NCBI GenBank assembly: GCA_965644495.1
Contig: CBFFSA010000006.1
Location: 1-64,000, forward strand
Source: Perkinsela sp. CCAP 1560/9
Taxonomy: Eukaryota > Protista > Euglenozoa: Kinetoplastea
Direction: 5' to 3'
DNA length: 64,000 nt
In this document: in pieces, positions 39,040 to 50,548 of the stretch
How positions within the stretch are numbered: position 1 is the stretch's first letter
Layout of the letters: every line of letters starts with the position of its first letter
Made by a program: the position numbers and the translations under genes
The notes under the pieces: generated by a model
Database searches by the model: none
What the model was told of the DNA's origin: nothing
What the model saw: only the letters and a program-made list of their open reading frames with translations

Positions 39040-42000
39040 ATGAATAGGAGCATTTCTAGAATGCACTTTTTGCGGCAGACCTCCGCATTTCTTTTTCATA
39101 AGAGCGCTCCGAATTTCAGCTTTCAAGGTGATTCAAAAAAAATTTATTCCGCACATGATCGAAGAAATTTAGATGACACCGTGGAGACAAATTCTAGCCC
39201 TACATCTCGAACCAAAATAGATGCATACCTCAATGCGACGCCTGATTCGCTTCAAATGAAAAAGAGTACAGCACACTCTACTCGTTTTCCTTCCCGATAT
39301 TCAATGAAGTCAAATTATGACACTTTTATTGAGCTTTCCTTCGAAAGCCCTCTTGTGAACGAATATGTACATGACGAATGCTACGTTGAGGAAGATACAA
39401 AGAAACTTTTGGAGCAACCATCGTATTTATTGCAGGACCCTAGCCTATCGGATTCGCCGTCTACGATAATTTCGCCCGAATCTAAGGATCTACCTTTGTT
39501 AGAAGAATTAGCTACGATTTGTGAAGAAACGCACAAAGATTTTTCGATACGATTTTTCTTTGGAAAGCCGCATTCTCAACAAAAATTTTCCGGAAATACG
39601 ATGATAGAAAATACGCTCTCAACCAGTAAATCACTGTATCCTCGCAGACTACTACTTGATCAAGCACTTATGAGAAAAAAGAGCGCTTTTTTATCTGGCC
39701 TATTCTTGAGTATTCGTAATGAAAAAGAATTGTTTCAACAAAAAATTAGAGACCAAAGGCGTCCAACAGATAATGCTTCTACCTTGCACCCAAGTCCGTA
39801 TGATTCATACTACATTCATAATGAATGTAGTAACGGACGTACTCTGTGTAGGGGCGAAAATAATACCACAGAGTCTGAAACCGCCACTCCTGCACAAGAT
39901 TTAGAAAATTCGACAGATCAAATGCCAGAAAGAGATAGATACTCTCAATGGAATGTTCCGGCTGAAGAGAATGTGTTGCACCATGAGATGAAGCTCTTTA
40001 CAAAGTCCCTATTTCCGCCGGAATGTTTAAAATTTTCTAAACCGTTCCCTAAAAGCTTTGAATCCTCTAGGCTTGAAGAATCGAACATCGTACCTTCTTG
40101 CTCTATCGAAAATATATTAAGCTCTAATAAAAAATCGTATTCGTTAAGAACATTGGCCACGCGAAAAGAAACTAATACATCGGCGAATGTTCGTCAGGAA
40201 GGCAATCAATTGAGTCCTTTCCTGTCAATGATTCCTAGAATTTTCGATACTTTTTGCATTTCTTCAACGGAAGGTTCAGCAAAAGACCTTGTCCGATTCT
40301 ACCCTGATTTGTCAGTTCTTGTATTGGATTTATTAAGAAGACAGCCGGAGGAAGCGCGACATCAGACCCTATTGACAACATCAAAGCTAGAATGGCTAGC
40401 ACAAGGCATTTTGGAATATGTTTATGACGGAGAACGGACCGCAAAACGTGAAATTGCATTCTCAAGCCGAACACTCTCCGTCTTGTTTCCAAAAACTGAT
40501 TCAAAAGAAGTGAAAAAATATTCTTACACTGTGTTAAGAAATGCTTACGGTGAAGACGAGGTGCTACTCGGGCAGCGTCCCCTAGTTGCCCAAAGTCGAT
40601 CTACACCTACATTCGTAATCAAAAACAAAATTCAGGCTACAGAATGGATAGTGGCAATTCAGGCTTTTGTTTCGCTAGAAAATCTTGCCTGCCATTTCAG
40701 TCAGGATAGTGTTTCTGTCCTATACAAACCGAAGCTTGTTTCGTTTATTATTGCTTCTCTTGGTGCCTGTATGGACTTACCTCCTCCAAAGAACAGTAAT
40801 CTGGGTACCAATGCTCATAGCAAGGAAAGCAGTACACGAAACAGTGACTCAATCCTATCGCTATACGAACGATCACAGAAATATAATTGCGCTGTATCCG
40901 ACTTCGCATTATCTTATGTAATGCGTGCTTTGCATAAAAAACCGGAGAAATCGTGGGAAATGTATACCAATTCGAGACGCTTGCAGACAGCAGCACACGG
41001 TTCCCTTCAAGTCTGGGCGCTTTACCTTCTAAAAAGTCATTGTCTTTCTTGGTGGCGCGCTGTTAATCTGTTGGGTGATATACTTGCATACAGACGCCAC
41101 GCCTTGTATGAACGTCGAACAATTGGTGACTTCTGCAAAAGGAGCTCAGCAGATGCTACTGGCCAGCTTGAAGAATTCGAACATCCTACAAAGGAAAAAT
41201 TTCGCCCAACTGAAACGGAGCTTATATCAGTTCTCTCTAGTGCAGCCTCATGGGAGCAGTGTGCTATTACGCTACGCTATGCATACGACGTATCCGTAGG
41301 AGCGGGACACTCATTTTCCTCTTGGCGATTATGTATTTTGTGCTTGAGGCGTCTGGGTCAACTGAAGTCTAAACGCGTTGTGTCACTACAATTAAAAAGT
41401 GTGTGCTCCAACATTGTGTGGAAAATGGCACGCATGAGGAAGAGCGTTCCTACGCTTGCTCGTTTGCATGCGGCTACCATACTTTTAGAAAACACCTTAT
41501 GGAATCTCGCTCTTGCAGTTTTACAAAGTGACAGTACTATAAGTCATGTGCATCACTTATCAAAATCGCTCGTGAAACAAAAATATATTGAGGTACCTTC
41601 ATGGATGGAGGCGCTTAGTTTGATTCGTTGCAATAAGATGCGGAAAGTACCTCTGGCAATTTTTGAAGCGCTACTCCGGAGCTTAATATTCGATTTTCCT
41701 TCTCATGTATGTACAAATCGCTGGTTAGGAGAGAAGCTCACAACTCCTTGGAAAGTTGTCGTGTACGTGGTTGAAAGCTGGCGCCAGAATGGGACGGTAT
41801 GGCCCTACAGCAGCGCCCCCTTTCATTTATCTCCATACGCTTCAGCTTTGTTGTATACTGTTCCCAAGATTCCATCCAAGGGGATTCTGGACACCATTGC
41901 GGCACCGGTTTGCCTTTTTATGGATAACACCTTTGACACAATTCTTTTGAAACGGTTAGACTACGCTGCTTTGTTCCGACTCATACGGTGTAGTGCGGTA

Positions 42001-45000
42001 GCGAAAGGTGTGGACGAATGTGTAGTTGGAGGCAAACGACCCGAATTTCCTTTTTCCTTGTCAAAATTCCTATCTATCGGACCACTTTGGACGGCCGCCA
42101 TTCATGTTTGGCTTAATTTTGAGGGGGCAAGGGTACACGGACACCTCATTGAATTGTTGTTGCGCCACAGACTTTATCACAAGACTACAAACCTAGAAAA
42201 CACACTGTATGTTCCATCCGAAGAAAAGACTACTGACCAAAGGTACCCCAACTTTAACAAGATTATGTTGCGTGCAGAAAGAAAACGTCTTCCTCTGAAC
42301 AAGGCGGCAAATGTACGACCAATGCAGGAGAACGACCTTCGGGCATGGTTATTGAGTGCCGCTCCTATATCACGCACAACTGCTCATTATTACATAAGAA
42401 CTTACGCAAAATATCTGTGTGATGACACTCTTGGAGCAGATAACCGAGATCCGACTTCCCATCATGATGTAACGATTCCTGAATTCCAAGAACGAAGCAG
42501 GATTGAAATGCATGCTTTGCTGCGTCACTGTCCTACTGGCCGTTTGCTGATCGAAAAATACTTCCCCTCTTTGCAAATAAAGTGTAATTGGGATGTCGGA
42601 GACTTCCTTCAAGCATTTATGTTGCAACAGGCTTCAAAGAACGTTCCTTTTCATAGCGAGATAGGCGAAGACAGGGGAACAAATTTTTTAAATTCGAATT
42701 TCGGTGGTCACACCGAAGTAGCTTGGAATCTATCGTTAAGCTCCGGCGGAAGAAAATTTATTGACGTCTTGGTTCATCATGTGGAAATGCCAAATTTCAT
42801 TGAAATTATTGGTACTGATGTAGATTCTGGTATTCGTAGATTGAATCAAAGTGATAACGTGAAAATTTCCAGATGGATTGTTCCTCCGTGGGAAGTAATT
42901 CTCAGCCATTACGCGGCAGCGCTGAAAAAACATCAATTAAAGCCCAAACTACCAAAGGAACGCAAACTATTTGCAAGAGCCAGAGAATCACCAGGAGGGC
43001 TGTGTCGCGAATCAGAAGATTCCATAGAAGTTTCATCGATCTCTAGTGCTTCCACTTACAAAATATTTGCTGCGCTTGCCGTTTCTCGTCCATGGGCTCT
43101 GAGGCATGCTACCACAGACTATTTTTTAACACCGCTGTCTTGGTTCGTACATCGCGTACACGTTGCAGAACGCAAACGAAATATATACAGATACGGAAAT
43201 TACCTGTTATACTCAGCGATGAGAATGCCTGCGGGAGAATCCCTCATTCTGGCGATTCATATCATGCAACAAGAAGTCTTTGGTCTACTCGAAGAGAATG
43301 CTAAAGCAGTTAACACGCTACGACATTGTTTTTGCAACCCTTTGCTTTTAAAGAATTTGCATGCCGAAAATGATAAACTTTCATTCGGAGACATTGGTTC
43401 TATTTTGCAGCTCAACTCAATACTGGGGAATAAGCTTCAAGGAGCCACAAAAGTGAAGGATGTGACTGTAATGGATTGGGAGAGAGCACTTCATTCGTTT
43501 CGCGCCATTTGTACGCGAAGCGGCGTGCAGTGGACACCAAAACATGACTCAGACACTCATTGTCATTCAAAAGAAAGCTTTGCACGGTTTGATTCCCAGT
43601 TGATCAGAGATGCTCGCAAAATAAATGAAGTCGAATTGCCTTATTCCATAGCCGTACAACTTTCGCGAAACTGCGACAGACACGAACTGTCAAGATTGTT
43701 ACTTCATCCAGCTTACTTTAGACCTAGCTTAAAGTCAAGTTGCACTCATCTTTCTGTCTTTTTGCAGGTAATCAATCCAGCTTTAGATGATGAAATAAGA
43801 TTTCGACTACCCGTGCGCCTTCCTGTTGACGTTATATTGCGCCTCACTGATTTGCTCTGGGATGAAAAAGAAGCGTTCATTACAGAACACGAAAATAAAT
43901 TGAATCTTAAGTCAACGAAAACGTTATTTTCAGGGAAAAGAATTCCAGCACTTCTAAACCTTGACCAAGAGTCTCTTCGTCTACAATCCGTATCAGAGTA
44001 TTACCTTAGAGTATCCTGTAACTATGTGGAATGGGTAAACATAGTGTTTCGAAACATGAAATTCTATCCAGCTCTGACTTCCCGGCTGCTACTGTACATT
44101 ACCAATACGACGAAGCACAAAATCAAGGCGTCTAAGGGAACCACTAATCTGTTTTCCGTTGTGAAAAGGGGGGAAGGTATGGATCTTCCCATTTCAATTT
44201 CTACGGAGATACGGCGCATTTACAGGCATTTACTTGACACCCCAATGAGTCATTCGAAGACAAAGAGTTGGAGGCATTCGTACCTTGTTCGAATCCATTG
44301 TATGCTTGAAAAGGAACCATTTGCGAGTATTTCGGTTATGACTATACTACGCACGCTATTCATTCTCGCCCTTCGCCAGTGCCTTTTCGTTGATCACGTT
44401 CAAGTGACACACAAAAGGCTTCTGCAGGAAAACAAACGCGAGGAATTGCTGCTATTTTTAACGTTGTCCTTAGATTCAACGTTTCATTACGATGAAAGAT
44501 GGATTGAAAGTGTTACTTTACAGTGCACGCGTTTTTCTAATCATAGAGGAATAAATGCGCCAACCCTGGGAGAATTGGAGGGGGTCACACTTTGCTCTAC
44601 GAACTTCTATAGCAGGACTATTATAAATTCTATGCGTGGTGTGCCGAGCGGTATTCTAGAAACACATTGGGCAGCTGCATTGTACTGCATTCAAAGAACA
44701 AAACCGAGCGCAATGTTTCGAGCAGTTTCAGCGTCGTGGCGTTTAACGCTGGAAGTTGTTACACAGCTGCAGAATTTACACGAAAAAAATTCATTGAGTT
44801 TGTATTTTTCATGCCCCCACAATGACAGGAATTGCTCTTGCCTCAGAGATCGTTGTCAAAATTTGTTTGTGCATGCACTGCGTACTTTAGCCCGTTTTAA
44901 ATGTCGCAGGGAGGTCTACTCATTGGCCACGTACATGGTTCGCCGTGGTCTAGCCGATTCCTCAAGAGTGGTTCTTCGACTCGTGCGAAAATATACTGCA

Positions 45001-48000
45001 GAAAGTACTCGGGTTTCAGGATTAGTTTACGGGCTCTGTCAGCCCAGCGTTGACCAATGGTACCATGCAGTGTCTTTATGCTGTGCTCGATATCGTCAGT
45101 GTCTTAGCTCGACGTTACTGCTTCCTTTAACTTCACCGAACACTCCATGGTATGTTAATCTGAAGCTTATGGCCCTTGCTTTGGCACGAGGGACACCTTC
45201 TCGAGAGGTTTCACGTACCTTTTACGTCACTTTTCTAAGAGACAGTCTCCGAAAATCTTCTCATTACGAAGTCTGTGTTGCAGGAGTGGCTCGTACTACG
45301 CCGACGTGGGCAGTGCACGTACGCCCCCTTCAACGCATGTTCCACAGTCTTCACGCATTCGCACAACTATCGAATTCTGAGAACTCATACGCAAATTTGA
45401 GCCTTGAGAGGCCTGTGCAGTGGATATGCGCGCTCCACCTGTTTGCTCAATATAAAGCGACATGCGCTCCTGTGCTCTCGATTGTTGCAAATGGTATGGT
45501 CCGATCACTTCATACAAACACTGATCTATGTATGAAGTTTTACCACAACATTCGGCAAACGAGCTTGTCGAAAGAGGCGTTGACGCTGTGTCTTGATGTC
45601 GCTGTAAAAAAGGCTCGTTGGATGGATTGCTGTCGTATTGTTTTGCATCAAGTTCGCAGTGAGCCATATGTATCCGATCCTCTACGAAGTGCCGTCCTTC
45701 GCCTCTTTATCATGTGCTCCACGGATACTGTTCTTTTTGAGGCTCTGCTTTCTTCACCTAAATTAGTATCTGCGAAATCTCCAGTTTCGCCAAAGACTGA
45801 TGAGATCAGGAATCGAAAAACAGGAGAGAAAAAACAATTTTCAGCTTTGGATTACACAGTAATATCAAAGTCTTGCTTGGAAATGCTATTAGTTACAGCA
45901 GTGCAGTTTGGACGCTGGCAGTACGTACTCATGATGTGTAATGAGAACACATCTCCACCTGAAATGGGATCACAACTCAGAGACGACGATGCGCTCCGCA
46001 AAATTATTATCAGTGCATTGGCTAAACTGGCACCAAGTTATCTTTACCAGTTTGTCGTGCATTCAGATGATTTTTTGATTCCAGTAGCAGTACTCTTGCA
46101 TCACTATCAACTTCTTTTTCAAAGCCTCGTGAGCTCAAGAACCGCAACTCAGTCACATGAAGGCGACAGCAACGTAATTTTGGAAGGGGGGTCATCCCTG
46201 CCCGCGACATTACAATCCTTAAACGACTTGAACTTCGCTATGCGTCGCCCTGTAAGTCAAAAACTTTGGAATATTTTGAGCCACTTGAGCGAAAACCTTC
46301 ATCTAATAGCCAAGAAGGATCCGGCACTTATGGCGAACGAACAAGCATGGGCTCTAATCATAGATTTCATAAGATACAAGATTCCAGTCTCGCTTTTTAT
46401 TCGATTTTGTTGGGAGCCACTCAACCGTACACATTCCTTGAGTAGGGATCAAAACAAGACATACCAGGAGAATTTTCTTGACGTGCCTACTAATATGTAC
46501 TACTCAGACTTTCTAAAAGGATCCGGGGTATCAATATGGAATCCACTGGCACGGCTTGCCAGTTTCGCGGGGGATTGGAAATCGTCTTTAGCAGCGCTTC
46601 GCGCTCTGTCTACGCAGAGTAGAGCGACAGACTCCCATTCAATATCATCGCAGGGCTACTTATTTCTTCTTATCCGTGCCTTTATAGCAGAATTACTGCA
46701 GAAACGTGCTCTACACCACTCGTCGTTGTCTACTGATGTAGCTAAAAGGATGTTGGGATGGGCATTGCGCCTTTCATATTCACTGCCCGTTGAAGCTATT
46801 GTAAATAACACCTCTCCTGGGCAATCCCATGCCTGTAGCGAGACACTTGCTTTGTACTCCTACGAATTTTGTCAGAGATTACTTCGTTTTTTGACGTTTC
46901 CGTCAGCGATAGGAAAAAACGTTGTCAAAAGCACAAATAGTCATTCATTTGGTACGGAATTTGCAGACTCTTGGTCGAGTGCACTTGAATTAGTCTTCTC
47001 AACAAGAACTGAGGACAAGTCTTTCTGCTTTCCACCTCAGATTCTTTTCGCCGATATTATTTTTTCTTGCCTGGCTCGATTTTGTCCCGGAAATTGGAAC
47101 AAGGCTATGGCCCTCTTGAGTACCGCATGTAGCAATATCTTGGACGATGGGAAAAAGGTATGGCAGAATTTAGGATTAAAGGCTGCATTACAACCTAGAA
47201 CGATCGGCGCCACGATATGCCTGCTACATCAAGCGCGCCAATGGAAACGAAGTGTTCGGCTCTATAATTTTTATAATGAACAAAAAGCTACAAGTTGCCC
47301 TTTGCTCGAAATTAAAGAAAGAGTACGTCAACGTCCACGTGATAAACTGCATATATCGCATGATCCTACATTAGCACTTTGCTTCACGCTTGCTCAGGGC
47401 CATAATATGTGGCAATTTGTTTTGAAAATAGTGAATGAGTTGGACTTTACATCTCATAATGAGGGATTGGAGACAGCTCAGGCAGCGCAAATTAGAGCGG
47501 CTCGTGCACAGTATATTCTGCAAATAAATATTCTAGGAATTCAGTTATGCTGGAAGCTAAGGCGTCTGAAAACCGCGTTTATAATTTTGCGGAAATCACT
47601 ATGCCAACATGGTCGATACCTTTTAGACGAAAAGAACCAGAGATCCTTAGCGCTATTGGAGAATAAGCGCATAGAAGTCGGGCTTTCGAATTTAGAGGAG
47701 CGACCTTCCAAGTACATTTCACTTCTTAATTGGGCATGTGTAGTCGGTTTCAAGATCACTTATTCGTTAAAAGAACTGATAGAAAGGGAGAACGAATCGT
47801 CTGCTTGCGACGCCTATGTTGCGACGAAGAGATATTCTGAGATTGGCGTACGATGGAGAAACTGCCTGACAATGCTTCAGCTTTGTTGGCAGGAGAAGGT
47901 ACCATTTCTTCCCAAAACACAAATTTTTGTCACGAGAATGCTTCTAAAAGTTACCCCCTGGGAAATTGCCTTGCATCATATGCAGCGAATAATCGTCTTA

Positions 48001-48369
48001 TCTTTTCCCTTAAATACACAGAAGACGACATTCATTGAAAGTAACAAGTTAGAAGAAACATCTAGTCACCTAGAGCAACTGTTCCCGATATCGAAAACGA
48101 AAGTTCAAACGCATTTACTTAACGAGGTGCTAAAAACACTTATTTCACTCATCATACGAGCCCCGGCAAAACTACCTCACCGTATCCCGAGTCAACGGGT
48201 AATCGAAACTGTATATACTACTATGAAACAAACGTCTCCTTTGACTCATTATTGGATGGCATTATTCTATCAAACGCACGAGCTCAAACTTTCTAGAAGC
48301 TCAGTTGCTCGATACAAGTATCATGTAGCACGTTTACATTCATCTATGGGACAACGTGGATCTTCATGA
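39040..48369 (+). CDS. Giant (~3100 aa) helical-repeat protein with W-x-x-A-L (PPR-like) motifs, probably mitochondrial
   Basis: Uninterrupted 9.3-kb ORF; MNRSISRMHFLRQ N-terminus; more than 20 motifs such as SWMEALSLI, DWERALHSF, NWNKAMALL. Confidence 0.7.
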   Translation: MNRSISRMHFLRQTSAFLFHKSAPNFSFQGDSKKIYSAHDRRNLDDTVETNSSPTSRTKIDAYLNATPDSLQMKKSTAHSTRFPSRYSMKSNYDTFIELSFESPLVNEYVHDECYVEEDTKKLLEQPSYLLQDPSLSDSPSTIISPESKDLPLLEELATICEETHKDFSIRFFFGKPHSQQKFSGNTMIENTLSTSKSLYPRRLLLDQALMRKKSAFLSGLFLSIRNEKELFQQKIRDQRRPTDNASTLHPSPYDSYYIHNECSNGRTLCRGENNTTESETATPAQDLENSTDQMPERDRYSQWNVPAEENVLHHEMKLFTKSLFPPECLKFSKPFPKSFESSRLEESNIVPSCSIENILSSNKKSYSLRTLATRKETNTSANVRQEGNQLSPFLSMIPRIFDTFCISSTEGSAKDLVRFYPDLSVLVLDLLRRQPEEARHQTLLTTSKLEWLAQGILEYVYDGERTAKREIAFSSRTLSVLFPKTDSKEVKKYSYTVLRNAYGEDEVLLGQRPLVAQSRSTPTFVIKNKIQATEWIVAIQAFVSLENLACHFSQDSVSVLYKPKLVSFIIASLGACMDLPPPKNSNLGTNAHSKESSTRNSDSILSLYERSQKYNCAVSDFALSYVMRALHKKPEKSWEMYTNSRRLQTAAHGSLQVWALYLLKSHCLSWWRAVNLLGDILAYRRHALYERRTIGDFCKRSSADATGQLEEFEHPTKEKFRPTETELISVLSSAASWEQCAITLRYAYDVSVGAGHSFSSWRLCILCLRRLGQLKSKRVVSLQLKSVCSNIVWKMARMRKSVPTLARLHAATILLENTLWNLALAVLQSDSTISHVHHLSKSLVKQKYIEVPSWMEALSLIRCNKMRKVPLAIFEALLRSLIFDFPSHVCTNRWLGEKLTTPWKVVVYVVESWRQNGTVWPYSSAPFHLSPYASALLYTVPKIPSKGILDTIAAPVCLFMDNTFDTILLKRLDYAALFRLIRCSAVAKGVDECVVGGKRPEFPFSLSKFLSIGPLWTAAIHVWLNFEGARVHGHLIELLLRHRLYHKTTNLENTLYVPSEEKTTDQRYPNFNKIMLRAERKRLPLNKAANVRPMQENDLRAWLLSAAPISRTTAHYYIRTYAKYLCDDTLGADNRDPTSHHDVTIPEFQERSRIEMHALLRHCPTGRLLIEKYFPSLQIKCNWDVGDFLQAFMLQQASKNVPFHSEIGEDRGTNFLNSNFGGHTEVAWNLSLSSGGRKFIDVLVHHVEMPNFIEIIGTDVDSGIRRLNQSDNVKISRWIVPPWEVILSHYAAALKKHQLKPKLPKERKLFARARESPGGLCRESEDSIEVSSISSASTYKIFAALAVSRPWALRHATTDYFLTPLSWFVHRVHVAERKRNIYRYGNYLLYSAMRMPAGESLILAIHIMQQEVFGLLEENAKAVNTLRHCFCNPLLLKNLHAENDKLSFGDIGSILQLNSILGNKLQGATKVKDVTVMDWERALHSFRAICTRSGVQWTPKHDSDTHCHSKESFARFDSQLIRDARKINEVELPYSIAVQLSRNCDRHELSRLLLHPAYFRPSLKSSCTHLSVFLQVINPALDDEIRFRLPVRLPVDVILRLTDLLWDEKEAFITEHENKLNLKSTKTLFSGKRIPALLNLDQESLRLQSVSEYYLRVSCNYVEWVNIVFRNMKFYPALTSRLLLYITNTTKHKIKASKGTTNLFSVVKRGEGMDLPISISTEIRRIYRHLLDTPMSHSKTKSWRHSYLVRIHCMLEKEPFASISVMTILRTLFILALRQCLFVDHVQVTHKRLLQENKREELLLFLTLSLDSTFHYDERWIESVTLQCTRFSNHRGINAPTLGELEGVTLCSTNFYSRTIINSMRGVPSGILETHWAAALYCIQRTKPSAMFRAVSASWRLTLEVVTQLQNLHEKNSLSLYFSCPHNDRNCSCLRDRCQNLFVHALRTLARFKCRREVYSLATYMVRRGLADSSRVVLRLVRKYTAESTRVSGLVYGLCQPSVDQWYHAVSLCCARYRQCLSSTLLLPLTSPNTPWYVNLKLMALALARGTPSREVSRTFYVTFLRDSLRKSSHYEVCVAGVARTTPTWAVHVRPLQRMFHSLHAFAQLSNSENSYANLSLERPVQWICALHLFAQYKATCAPVLSIVANGMVRSLHTNTDLCMKFYHNIRQTSLSKEALTLCLDVAVKKARWMDCCRIVLHQVRSEPYVSDPLRSAVLRLFIMCSTDTVLFEALLSSPKLVSAKSPVSPKTDEIRNRKTGEKKQFSALDYTVISKSCLEMLLVTAVQFGRWQYVLMMCNENTSPPEMGSQLRDDDALRKIIISALAKLAPSYLYQFVVHSDDFLIPVAVLLHHYQLLFQSLVSSRTATQSHEGDSNVILEGGSSLPATLQSLNDLNFAMRRPVSQKLWNILSHLSENLHLIAKKDPALMANEQAWALIIDFIRYKIPVSLFIRFCWEPLNRTHSLSRDQNKTYQENFLDVPTNMYYSDFLKGSGVSIWNPLARLASFAGDWKSSLAALRALSTQSRATDSHSISSQGYLFLLIRAFIAELLQKRALHHSSLSTDVAKRMLGWALRLSYSLPVEAIVNNTSPGQSHACSETLALYSYEFCQRLLRFLTFPSAIGKNVVKSTNSHSFGTEFADSWSSALELVFSTRTEDKSFCFPPQILFADIIFSCLARFCPGNWNKAMALLSTACSNILDDGKKVWQNLGLKAALQPRTIGATICLLHQARQWKRSVRLYNFYNEQKATSCPLLEIKERVRQRPRDKLHISHDPTLALCFTLAQGHNMWQFVLKIVNELDFTSHNEGLETAQAAQIRAARAQYILQINILGIQLCWKLRRLKTAFIILRKSLCQHGRYLLDEKNQRSLALLENKRIEVGLSNLEERPSKYISLLNWACVVGFKITYSLKELIERENESSACDAYVATKRYSEIGVRWRNCLTMLQLCWQEKVPFLPKTQIFVTRMLLKVTPWEIALHHMQRIIVLSFPLNTQKTTFIESNKLEETSSHLEQLFPISKTKVQTHLLNEVLKTLISLIIRAPAKLPHRIPSQRVIETVYTTMKQTSPLTHYWMALFYQTHELKLSRSSVARYKYHVARLHSSMGQRGSS

Positions 48370-48741
48370 AGCATATCATCAGAATGGAAGAAAGGGTAGA
48401 GCAAACGGGGTTTTCATTGATTTAATTTTTTTTTCATTAGACTTTTAAGAACTACCTGTAAGGAGTTCTGTGATCCGCTTTTAAACTCAGACAGTACCTT
48501 TGACGAGCCGAGAAAATGGAAAGATTTCGCACGCTAATTTCTTTTTTATGTATGGAACATTGGAATCCTTTGCAAGCCGAGAGATACCGTTCTATTTTTC
48601 CGTTAGTTTACCAAAGGTACAACTTTTAGTATCTCCCTCGTCTTTACAGCCTAGGTTTCTTTAAAAGAACTTCTTTTGTAGTTTGAATCTGATGCTATAA
48701 AATTCAAGTAGACACGTAGAGTTCGACCTGCAGGACAATTA

Positions 48742-50451
48742 ATGCAAGTAAATTGGAGTCAAAACAATAGTAGCCAAATTAGCCAAGAATACAACTCTGC
48801 CGAGAGTAATTCGGTTGATTCTGAAGAACTCTTTCTATTTGACATTCCTTTGCATTTACTAGTTCCACAATATAGGCCAGAGGTACTTAAGGATGTCGTA
48901 AATTTGAGCCTTAGAGGCATTACAAGGGATGTGGAAGAAACATCAAACATTGAAAAAGATGCGAAAAGCCATACTCAGCCTAATCCAGCTGTAGCGTGCA
49001 CTAGTGAAGGAACATACCGTATTACAAAGACGGAGCACAGCTCAACCTTGTTGCTCGGACCAGTATTGCACAATTCTGGTGAAAATATATCACTCACTGT
49101 TTGGTGGAGCCCAAATAGCTCGTTTGCCGCATCACTCGAACGTATACGACCCGACTTCTCAGTAATCTACTCAATGATTCAAAATTGCCCGTATTACGAG
49201 CTTACTCAGGACCAAAGCACTTTTCCTGCTCTGGCATCCGATTTGTCATACAAAACCGCCCGCGCAGTGTCAAAGGGACCCGAAGTACAACGGGGTGGAT
49301 ACACTCCTGAAAAATACTATGCAGCAGCAAGCGCAAGTCGTCAAGAAATTAAGAATGAACTTCTAAGGGAGGGGCTTCGACTATTCTCATCCGACACATT
49401 GCAACGTCTTCACCCGCGCGTCTTAGATGAAGTCATTGACGCAATGATAGCCCAGTTGTCGGCGGCACGTATGCAGCCACCATACGAAGAACTCGATGGG
49501 AGAATAGACCGTGTTCCGCTCTACGTCGCCGTTGATGCCCTTCAAGAAATCTTTCCGCTAAAAGTGTTGCAATTCGTGGCGGAAAGATTTGGAATGTATC
49601 GTAGAATACATGTGGATGAAAGGCACATTATAATACCAAAACGTCTGGAAAAGAAATCCTTTCTGGTTGGTCTCCATCTTTGCCTGCGATCCTATATCCA
49701 GCATAAGACGGCGTTGATTTTACAAGATGGAGCTGTCCCTCTCAATGACGAGAAGCTATTAGAAGCATTGAAGAGTTCCTTACATCCAGATATAGCTTTA
49801 TGTGTGGCGCAAGGTTCCGGAGTAGATCCTTCCTCTGAATCGACACAACATTGTAAGTCCGGTGGTGTGCTCACTTTGTTTGATACACTAGATGAAATCC
49901 TTGGAGGCATTGCAGTTCGCACTCTTGAACCTAGCGTTGCGGAATGCGAACAAAATACAAATTCAGAATCTCCGTTGACGTGGCAATATTGCTATCCTGA
50001 CCATCTCCCAAAGGATAGTGCCTTGCATATGCTACAAACACTTTTTCAGCTGCGAAGTAGGTGGTCTAAAAGAGAGATTTTACCTTTCTTACTTCCAGTT
50101 TTCCGACCCTCGTGTTCCATTCCCATTGAAGATTTGAATGGGATTTCAAATACAATCGATACACAGGTTTCCTTCGAACACAGTCCAAACATCCCAATGA
50201 TATTGTTTGATAAAGAGACGGAAAATTTAGATCACCCCACGCCACATCCTTACGCTTGGAGAAGTGATTCAGAAACAAGAAACTATCCCGATCCAGCGTT
50301 TCCTCTTCTGTTCCTATGCACTCGTTCGTTTGCTTATCAGTCTTTCGCGAACTCAGCTGCGTCCATAGAAAAAGTGTTCGAGGATTTCATGGCTCGACAC
50401 GCAGAAAAAGAATATTTGAATGGAGATATATTCTATAGGAGCCGGAAATAG
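48742..50451 (+). CDS. DCC1: Sister chromatid cohesion protein Dcc1 (Ctf18-RFC subunit)
   Basis: AVACTSEGTYRITKTEHSSTLLL; LP...LQTLFQLRSRWSKREILPFL. Confidence 0.8.
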   Translation: MQVNWSQNNSSQISQEYNSAESNSVDSEELFLFDIPLHLLVPQYRPEVLKDVVNLSLRGITRDVEETSNIEKDAKSHTQPNPAVACTSEGTYRITKTEHSSTLLLGPVLHNSGENISLTVWWSPNSSFAASLERIRPDFSVIYSMIQNCPYYELTQDQSTFPALASDLSYKTARAVSKGPEVQRGGYTPEKYYAAASASRQEIKNELLREGLRLFSSDTLQRLHPRVLDEVIDAMIAQLSAARMQPPYEELDGRIDRVPLYVAVDALQEIFPLKVLQFVAERFGMYRRIHVDERHIIIPKRLEKKSFLVGLHLCLRSYIQHKTALILQDGAVPLNDEKLLEALKSSLHPDIALCVAQGSGVDPSSESTQHCKSGGVLTLFDTLDEILGGIAVRTLEPSVAECEQNTNSESPLTWQYCYPDHLPKDSALHMLQTLFQLRSRWSKREILPFLLPVFRPSCSIPIEDLNGISNTIDTQVSFEHSPNIPMILFDKETENLDHPTPHPYAWRSDSETRNYPDPAFPLLFLCTRSFAYQSFANSAASIEKVFEDFMARHAEKEYLNGDIFYRSRK

Positions 50452-50458
50452 ACAAATA

Positions 50459-50548
50459 CTGTGTCCCCCCTTTATATTTCGCTGGTCAGGCCCCCCTTTA
50501 TACTTCGTTACTGCTCAAAATGGGCGAAGTATAAAGGGGGGGTCACAG
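50459..50548. mobile_element. 90-bp TA-flanked mini-MITE
   Basis: TA|CTGTGTCCCCCCTTTATATTTCGC ... GCGAAGTATAAAGGGGGGGTCACAG|TA; internal core copy CCCCCCTTTATACTTCG at 50491-50507. Confidence 0.75.
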
